A stretch of 64,000 bases of DNA, from IMG/VR virus record IMGVR_UViG_3300030508_000022, positions 1 through 64,000 of that record; one strand, written 5' to 3'. Below are positions 58,209 through 64,000 of this stretch, piece by piece. The stretch is from an uncultured virus (IMG/VR IMGVR_UViG_3300030508_000022). Its lineage: Duplodnaviria > Heunggongvirae > Uroviricota > Caudoviricetes. Below the pieces are notes generated by a model. It saw nothing but the letters and a program-made list of their open reading frames with translations, was not told the origin of the DNA and made no database searches. The translations under genes and the position numbers were made by a program. The first letter of the stretch is position 1, and the number at the start of each line of letters is the position of its first letter.

Positions 58209-58474
58209 GTCTTCGATATGAACAGGATTCAGCAATAGCTGCTACTGAGAAGTTTTTGAAGAGCTTCTTTACTGGGAGGAAAAGAACACTCAAGGAATTG
58301 AGAGAGGAGGCGACCAAGTGCCTCAGACACTTCCCAGGAATTGACAAGGATGGCAAGCCCATCTTTAGTCAGGACAACATCAAGTGTCAGACTAGAGATG
58401 AGGACCAAGCATTTTTTAATCCCCCAAAAATCTGTCCTCCAGTGGAGTACAGGCGTGGGGATAAGCGATACTAG
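58205..58474 (+). CDS. Small hypothetical phage protein
   Basis: 'LREEATKCLRHFP' motif; ATGA overlap. Confidence 0.6.
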   Translation: MSLRYEQDSAIAATEKFLKSFFTGRKRTLKELREEATKCLRHFPGIDKDGKPIFSQDNIKCQTRDEDQAFFNPPKICPPVEYRRGDKRY

Positions 58475-58475
58475 T

Positions 58476-58618
58476 CAGCAGGTCAGTAACAACGTCTGGT
58501 AGCACATTTGACATAGAGTGCTAGGAGTAACGTCCCTAGCTCCCTCCACGATTGTCATTTAAAAGCGCCTACGGGATCGAGAGCCCAAAGAGCGGAGGGA
58601 CTAAGTGAAAATCTGCTG
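58476..58618 (+). ncRNA. Structured non-coding element
   Basis: Closing stem cagcaggt/atctgctg, inner tagcac/gtgcta, gctagg/cctagc, tccctcc/ggaggga. Confidence 0.45.
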
Positions 58619-58719
58619 TATACTTACAGAAGCACCTCTACCCGACAATCCAAAGCGCAATCCTTATACTCGATGACTTGAAAAGGGAGTGCATTCCCGT
58701 TCTGACTATTTTGATTTTA

Positions 58720-58793
58720 TGCGTGATCTTTCAATTGGCAGGAACCTGGCCAAATGGGGCTCGGGAATGTGGGTTCGAGTCCCGCTCACGCTC
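58720..58793 (+). tRNA. tRNA-like RNA with aberrant anticodon arm
   Basis: GCGTGA/TCACGC acceptor, D-loop AATTGGCA, canonical GTGGG-TTCGAGT-CCCGC T-arm; elongated bulged anticodon stem. Confidence 0.65.
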
Positions 58794-58796
58794 GTA

Positions 58797-59134
58797 TTTT
58801 CTGGACAAGGAGGTGGGCTTAGAAGCAGCCATCCATAGAGAGTTGACCGTAGTCGGGGGTCTAGGATACCTATGAGTCTACATCAAATACACCGATAAAA
58901 AGGAGATAAATGTAGTATACGTTAGGGAATATATCTGAAGACTTATCTTATTCATTAAATAAAGGCATATGTTACCTAGGGCACTCTCCCTAGGTGATTT
59001 GAATAGGGTATGCTGCGAGGTTGCTACCTCCTCTTGTAATGAAATCTAGTTATAACCTATTGATTACAAGTAGGTATATGAGTGTTATACTACGAGACCA
59101 GTCATTTGGCGTAAAAGCACGATTGTCCAGAAAA
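58797..59134 (+). ncRNA. ncRNA mimicking 23S rRNA uL11-binding domain (H43/H44) with large insert
   Basis: GGAGGTGGGCTTAGAAGCAGCCATCC (58809-34) and GCGTAAAAGC (59109-18) enclosed by perfect 12-bp stem. Confidence 0.7.
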
Positions 59135-59149
59135 CATTTTTGTAGAACT

Positions 59150-59352
59150 TCTTGGGTAGTGAAAAATACCGCTTGTTGGTTGAGTTTGGCCTGGCAAACT
59201 GTCATGACCCTATCAGCTTTGGTATGATTGGCTTTCAGACAAGCCACGCCTTGAAGGCAGAAAACAAGCAGGATAGTGTTGGCCAAGCTTCTTGCATTGC
59301 GCATCGCTGATACCGACGCTTACCCTGTTGCGCCTATTCTCACTACTCAAGA
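59150..59352 (+). ncRNA. Structured non-coding element
   Basis: 14-bp closing stem tcttgggtagtgaa/ttcactactcaaga; inner gcttgtt/aacaagc. Confidence 0.5.
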
Positions 59353-59541
59353 TCCTTTTTTGGAAGATGTGTTTCGGTTAGTATCGGTATTGCCGAATTA
59401 AATGTTGAAAACCCGTCTGTGGCCGCGAGGAGCAATCCTTTCCCGCCCAAAAAAAGTAACAATGTAGAATTATGTGAAGTCCAAACTCACAAAAATTCTA
59501 CTACAGATAATATCAGCAGCCCCTCAAAAAGGAATTAGTAT

Positions 59542-60288
59542 ATGTCGTACTTAGTACTCGACCCACAAAACAGCATTGAGGACAAATTCAAAGTCATCTC
59601 AGCAGTATCAGCAAGCAGACAGCATGGAGTTCAGTTCCGCCCAAGATCCTCTCAGGATAATACTTGGTTCGACTTCCCATGCACAGAAGTAACAGACGAA
59701 CATGTTCGTCAGAACTTCTTTAGAATCCCGATTTCGGGACAGGAGCAGACCTATCAAATCGAGCCGGTTCGCCGTGTGGTGTATCCAGCACTCGCTGACA
59801 TCGAACCGAAAGACACTTGGCTAAACCCAGGTCGCCTCTCTCCCGAGCAGATCAATACTGCAGCGGGATATCGTTTATTGACAAAGAATGAACAGATTGC
59901 AATCGAGCTAGGTAAGGTCTCACAATGCTTCATTGGCGATCTTGAATTTTACGACTCCGGTGTTTGGAGAACGCGTCACCTAGGCAGTGCCCTTGCTGGC
60001 AAGAACGGTTTAACCACTTACCGCACCAAGCGTAAGTACAAGAACCCACTGAGTTCAAAAACTGATGATTGGTTCACTCCAACAATGACTTGGATTCGAC
60101 TCAAGCGAGACAAGTCTACTGCGTGGCTTGTAACAGAAATTGTCCTTGATTTAACTTCAGGCCGTCCCGAGGGGTTGTTATTTAATAATGTTAGACACGA
60201 TGTACTAAGTCTCATCCGTTCGGACAAATATGAGGTTAGTGCTGGTGACGACTATTGGCAGCCATTATCGGTCTTCAAAAACATTTAG
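59542..60288 (+). CDS. Hypothetical protein
   Basis: 248-aa ORF within RNA island. Confidence 0.65.
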   Translation: MSYLVLDPQNSIEDKFKVISAVSASRQHGVQFRPRSSQDNTWFDFPCTEVTDEHVRQNFFRIPISGQEQTYQIEPVRRVVYPALADIEPKDTWLNPGRLSPEQINTAAGYRLLTKNEQIAIELGKVSQCFIGDLEFYDSGVWRTRHLGSALAGKNGLTTYRTKRKYKNPLSSKTDDWFTPTMTWIRLKRDKSTAWLVTEIVLDLTSGRPEGLLFNNVRHDVLSLIRSDKYEVSAGDDYWQPLSVFKNI

Positions 60289-60293
60289 TTGAT

Positions 60294-60511
60294 TTTGGTA
60301 GGCGGTGTGAAATCGTAGAACATAAAGGTTAGTTTCAAAGATAATCCTAGGGCCCCAAATTTAGGACTTTGAATCAGGTATTTAGCAAGGCACTGATAAA
60401 GCTTAGACCTTAAAATACTCTACAAGGAAATACTGGAGTACCAGTCCGGTTAGAAATGAGAGTATACCGAAACGCAGATAATCGTGGGAAGTAACGTCCC
60501 ACCCTACCAAA
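60294..60511 (+). ncRNA. tRNA-shell-like structured RNA with long insert
   Basis: tttggtagg/cctaccaaa closing stem, D-arm-like tgt-gaaatcgtaga-aca, 3' hairpin gtggga-agtaacg-tcccac. Confidence 0.45.
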
Positions 60512-60517
60512 TTGCCT

Positions 60518-60661
60518 TTTTGTAGTGCCGCAAGGCTGTGGTGAAACCATCCACAAATAGTAAGTGACCGAGTCCCTTTGCGAGCTGCAGGTTTCTTCAG
60601 GACAGAGGCAGGGGCCGGATCATCCTGTTACCATTCAGTGCACAAAACTATTACTACAAAA
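60518..60661 (+). ncRNA. Structured non-coding element
   Basis: ttttgtagt/actacaaaa closing stem, GCAA tetraloop hairpin, tgtgg/ccaca, aatagt/actatt. Confidence 0.45.
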
Positions 60662-60716
60662 TAAGCGGCAAAGGCCGCTCAGATATTGCCCATGTTAGTT
60701 TAGTAGAAAGTTCAGT

Positions 60717-61184
60717 ATGGCAAAGAAGATTAGTGTAGAGGAGTTAGATACAGTCTTGACTGCTTCAGTCCAGGACGGAGCAGAGAAAGAAAGAATTTTA
60801 GCAGAGGTTCGTAATTATATTGCGAATCTTGCAAATGATCAGGACGAGGCAGAGCCTGCTGTAGAGACCAGGGATGTAACAATCCTTTTTGGCTCTCAGG
60901 AGACCATTGACGTGATTGATACCGACGCGATTGTAGCGTTCACTGTCAAAATTGAAGCCACCTCAGATCATAACCAGATAATTCCTCATTTGCTAGCGAA
61001 GGCCAGTATTTTTAATCAGAACACAAGGCGTAGAAACTCTCGTATCCAGAATCTGGGCGAGACTTTCAACACCCTCAGTCCTAAAAGGCACTTGGATGAG
61101 TTTCCTAAAAAGATCCTCACCAAGCAAGCGTCCCTGGTCATCAAGACCACGAACCATCCTATACAGAGTGTTGTTGTGCGTTGA
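60717..61184 (+). CDS. Hypothetical protein
   Basis: 155-aa ORF. Confidence 0.65.
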   Translation: MAKKISVEELDTVLTASVQDGAEKERILAEVRNYIANLANDQDEAEPAVETRDVTILFGSQETIDVIDTDAIVAFTVKIEATSDHNQIIPHLLAKASIFNQNTRRRNSRIQNLGETFNTLSPKRHLDEFPKKILTKQASLVIKTTNHPIQSVVVR

Positions 61185-61329
61185 CTACGGAGATGCGCTA
61201 CAGCCGGTGTAACCTTTTACGGGGTTATGCCGGCTAAGCGCCTTTCTATAGAAAGCGCCTAGTTGTGGTTCTTGATTAAAAACTAACGCTGGCTCCTGGC
61301 GTCCAGGTAGCAAACATAATATACACATT

Positions 61330-61575
61330 ATGGCAAACGGTAACATTCGTATCACTGTCTCCTTCGGAGGCAACCAGCTCCCAATCAATGGTCTCCCTGT
61401 GGGGTCCACTCTGAGCTGCATTCGTGCCAACCGCAACGTTTCTGCAGCCCTCGGCTACAGCAACGAGAACGTGGAGTTCGTCCTCAACGGCTCCCGCGCA
61501 AGCGACAATACTGTCATCTCTGACGGCGATGTCGTTAACGTTCAGCACAAGGCACACGAGAAGGCTTCCGCCTAG
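61330..61575 (+). CDS. Ubiquitin-like (beta-grasp, ThiS/MoaD-type) protein
   Basis: 'IRITVSFG...GSTLSCI...FVLNGSRASDNTVISDGDVVNV'; upstream of E2- and E1-like genes. Confidence 0.8.
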   Translation: MANGNIRITVSFGGNQLPINGLPVGSTLSCIRANRNVSAALGYSNENVEFVLNGSRASDNTVISDGDVVNVQHKAHEKASA

Positions 61576-61592
61576 TCTCGTAGGCTAATTTT

Positions 61593-61650
61593 ATCCCCCA
61601 ATCTCGTTGCGCCGAGATTGGGGGATATCTTAGACATTTATTTTTTTTAT
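61593..61650 (+). terminator. Hairpin + T-rich tract after Ubl gene
   Basis: atcccccaatctcg/cgagattgggggat stem then tttatttttttt. Confidence 0.55.
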
Positions 61651-61673
61651 ATCCCACAAGTTCTTCAAAACAC

Positions 61674-62483
61674 ATGAAACCTCTTATTATCCTTAACGAA
61701 GACGGTGTCGCATACCGTATGGAGCCATTCGCTCTACAAAATGTTAGTGAGATCATCGAACGAGTCTCAAATCAGTCGTTCTCAACCATCAAAAAGCATA
61801 CGACTTTTGAGGTTGCAGAATCAGTTGGATCATCAGGCGTACAGTACAAAAGGGTGCCATTCCACCTGTCCATTACGAAGAAGAACGAAGCTGTCTACTG
61901 GGGATATATTCCTGGGATTGTCTTTGATACCTCCTTCCAGATTGTGGAACACAGTGGAACCCCTCGATTGATCGCTGATTTTACTCGCTCAGCAACTGAC
62001 GCATTCCAGGATAGGATTTACTGCTCATCGGAATCTCTCAGTACTTCGGATTGCAAGGTTCGGTTCTTGGTTGCTATCTCTCTTACTCCAGGGGGGTCAG
62101 GCAATTACGAAATCAATGCATATTTCTGCTTCCAACTTTTTGATGTGAAAGCGGGGTTAATTATGGGCAACTTCTTGCCGTGTATCCCAAACGTCTTCGC
62201 TGACGCCAGGGTTTGCATGGGTAGTGCCTTTGATAAGTACACCAATCCTGTCAAAACCTCGGATGAAGAAATCCAGCGTACCCTCAAGTCATTCTTTGAG
62301 AGCCGCATGAATTCGGATCTGATCACTCAAGGTGCAAATCGCATCGAGTTGGCAGACCAGCTAATTGGGTGGAACAGAGAAAAGAAGCAGGTTGCTCCCA
62401 TCAAGTCCGCCAAAACAATCCTCACCGTCAAAGTTGGAAACTACTATCTTGATGGCCTTCCATACGCCACAGTTGGTTGGTAA
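61674..62483 (+). CDS. Prokaryotic E2-like (Prok-E2 family D/PRTRC-B-like) conjugating enzyme
   Basis: 'LPCIPNVFADARVCMG' matches E2 PN-x5-6-C active site; 'FFESRMNSDL'. Confidence 0.75.
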   Translation: MKPLIILNEDGVAYRMEPFALQNVSEIIERVSNQSFSTIKKHTTFEVAESVGSSGVQYKRVPFHLSITKKNEAVYWGYIPGIVFDTSFQIVEHSGTPRLIADFTRSATDAFQDRIYCSSESLSTSDCKVRFLVAISLTPGGSGNYEINAYFCFQLFDVKAGLIMGNFLPCIPNVFADARVCMGSAFDKYTNPVKTSDEEIQRTLKSFFESRMNSDLITQGANRIELADQLIGWNREKKQVAPIKSAKTILTVKVGNYYLDGLPYATVGW

Positions 62484-62492
62484 TACACATAC

Positions 62493-63599
62493 ATGAAATC
62501 CTTATTCCAAGAAATGTTGGAGTTGCCTGGATTGCCTGTCAGTTCCGAAACTATTTTCGGAGCTACTCGTCGGTCCAGGATGTTGTCTCTTCTTGACGAC
62601 TTTAGTTATCTCAAAAAAAATGGAGGGGAGCTGAAAATATTCCCACTTACTGCAGAACAAAAAGCGGATAGGCGGGACCGAAGTTTTATATCTAAGGAGC
62701 TATCCGAGTCCTTTGAGATTGGTCAATTCCAGTGCCAAATATTCGATGCAGTTGTTAAAAAGCTGGAAGCAGAGGTTTCCAGAGGAGAAGATTCTCCTTG
62801 GGCTTTGCGATTCATTGCAGAGATGCCTCGACAGCAGGAGCCACAACAGGCTCCTGTACCACAAGCCCTACCAGAGGTTCGAGTGGAGGAACAACCCCTT
62901 ACGGGAGTTTTCCCAGCTGATGCATTCAATACTCCAGTGGCGCAGCAGGCTACTCCAGCAGTTGTTCCAGTTGTTGCCCCAGCTGCCTATCAGCCTACAA
63001 CTCCACGTCAACAAGTTCCCATTGCACCAATTATTGGTGGAATTGGGGCTGAAGTAAATTGGGCGGATATAGCTGAGCCAACACCTGCACCTAATCGTGG
63101 TGCTCCTCAGGTTACAGATGGATTCGTCGATATGGATCCAGCTGACTTTGAGAATCTTCCTACGGCAGCTCCTACTACCCCTCCTCCCGCTCCCACGGCA
63201 GCAGAGGCAGCAGAGGCGGGAGAAGTTCCTCGCGCTACCATGGCCAATGAAACTCCAGCTGTTGGCGAAGGTGCGATTACAGGATTTGGTGAAATTCGTA
63301 CACCTGAGGCTGTGGATCAGATTGTTACACCACCAGCTGTTGGTACTACGGTGGTTCAGGTTACTGATGGTGCAGGTGCCGCTGGATTGTGGCATACACC
63401 AGCTGTTGGTAATCAATTCTTTGGAGTTAATCAGGGAGATGACCACATAGTGTTTACCCCTACTGATCACAACCTGTTCATTACTGCTGATAACAATCTG
63501 GCAGTGGGTGATACTCCAGCTCCAGTAGCTGATGTTCCAGATGTGCAGCAGGCAGTTCGGAATACAGTTCGTAGGCGCGTACGCGCAATAAACGAATAG
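62493..63599 (+). CDS. Hypothetical protein, small N-domain plus long P/A/T/Q-rich disordered region
   Basis: 368-aa ORF between E2 and E1. Confidence 0.65.
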   Translation: MKSLFQEMLELPGLPVSSETIFGATRRSRMLSLLDDFSYLKKNGGELKIFPLTAEQKADRRDRSFISKELSESFEIGQFQCQIFDAVVKKLEAEVSRGEDSPWALRFIAEMPRQQEPQQAPVPQALPEVRVEEQPLTGVFPADAFNTPVAQQATPAVVPVVAPAAYQPTTPRQQVPIAPIIGGIGAEVNWADIAEPTPAPNRGAPQVTDGFVDMDPADFENLPTAAPTTPPPAPTAAEAAEAGEVPRATMANETPAVGEGAITGFGEIRTPEAVDQIVTPPAVGTTVVQVTDGAGAAGLWHTPAVGNQFFGVNQGDDHIVFTPTDHNLFITADNNLAVGDTPAPVADVPDVQQAVRNTVRRRVRAINE

Positions 63600-63620
63600 T
63601 ATACGCACTAACTGAAAGTT

Positions 63621-63657
63621 AAATGGGTCAGTGCCGAAAAGTCGGCACTGACCATTT
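63621..63657 (+). other. Strong intergenic hairpin
   Basis: ggtcagtgccga-aaag-tcggcactgacc. Confidence 0.65.
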
Positions 63658-63699
63658 CTTAGATAAACAAAAATCAACCAAAAAACAATTAATCAAAAT

Positions 63700-64000
63700 A
63701 TGAAACAGAACTACTACGTCATCGGATGTGGAGGGGTATGCAGCTATTTCTTGCCAGCATTCCTCAAGACCCTCAATTACTCCAAGGAGTTTAAGGGGTC
63801 AACAGTAACCCTAGTTGATGGCGATACAATCGAGGACAGGAATTATGAGCGTCAGCTCTTCGCCAGCGGATTGACGGGAATGAACAAGGCAGAGGCCTTG
63901 ATGTCGGTTCTTGGTGAAAGTCACCCCAACATCAATCTCAAGACACATTCCGAATATGTGACTGGATCATTCCCCATTAAGGATGGTTCTGTTGTCATTG
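63700..64000 (+). CDS. ThiF/E1-like adenylating enzyme (5' part, runs off window)
   Basis: Own translation: MKQNYYVIGCGGVCSYFL...TLVDGDTIEDRNYERQLF...GMNKAEAL (GxGG, D-x-D, N-x-x-RQ, K motifs). Confidence 0.9.
   Translation, partial: MKQNYYVIGCGGVCSYFLPAFLKTLNYSKEFKGSTVTLVDGDTIEDRNYERQLFASGLTGMNKAEALMSVLGESHPNINLKTHSEYVTGSFPIKDGSVVI

Noticed and set aside
58843..59104. Group I intron as the insert in the rRNA-like RNA
   Set aside because: No recognisable P7/R-S core motifs by eye; left as unclassified insert
58797..59134. A true 23S rRNA gene or host rRNA contamination
   Set aside because: Similarity is limited to H43/H44; flanks are not rRNA-like and form their own closing stem within continuous phage-type sequence
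58678..59304. Short ORFs in the RNA island (58678..58875, 59021..59227, 59050..59304)
   Set aside because: Overlap tRNA-like and structured RNA elements, no typical leader or protein motifs
62868..63677. 269-aa minus-strand ORF
   Set aside because: Shadow of the low-complexity plus-strand gene; unnatural C/W/S/N composition
1..64000. Alternative genetic code (stop-codon reassignment)
   Set aside because: Long genes are intact in code 11 and TAA, TAG and TGA all terminate well-supported genes

Overview
This window is a 64-kb segment of a large tailed (myovirus-like, jumbo-type) phage genome in standard genetic code. A-rich, Shine-Dalgarno-poor gene starts hint at a PVC- or Bacteroidota-like host (inference only). 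1-19.8 kb is a baseplate/tail operon containing an embedded sigma-70-family factor, five Cys-rich paralogues, three collagen-like paralogues and a signal-peptide-bearing fibre-like protein. 19.8-22.3 kb is an RNA island with a tmRNA (34-codon tag, non-canonical T-loop), a free-standing endonuclease, a pseudo-tRNA and several structured RNAs. 22.3-29.2 kb holds hypothetical genes and a large terminase whose intein carries its LAGLIDADG endonuclease in an overlapping +1 frame. 29.5-52.9 kb contains a Ycf46-AAA/DUF1257/DUF2997 cluster and replication/recombination genes: SbcD, SbcC, exonuclease, glycosyltransferase, SF2 helicase, DnaB, primase, split DnaE, SSB-like, RecA, HNH and RuvC-like. 53-61 kb has accessory genes and a second ncRNA island, including an RNA that reproduces the uL11-binding helices 43/44 of 23S rRNA split by a ~260-nt insert. 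61.3-64 kb is a ubiquitin-like conjugation module (Ubl, E2-like, disordered protein, E1/ThiF running off the window). All calls come from reading motifs by eye; no searches were run.
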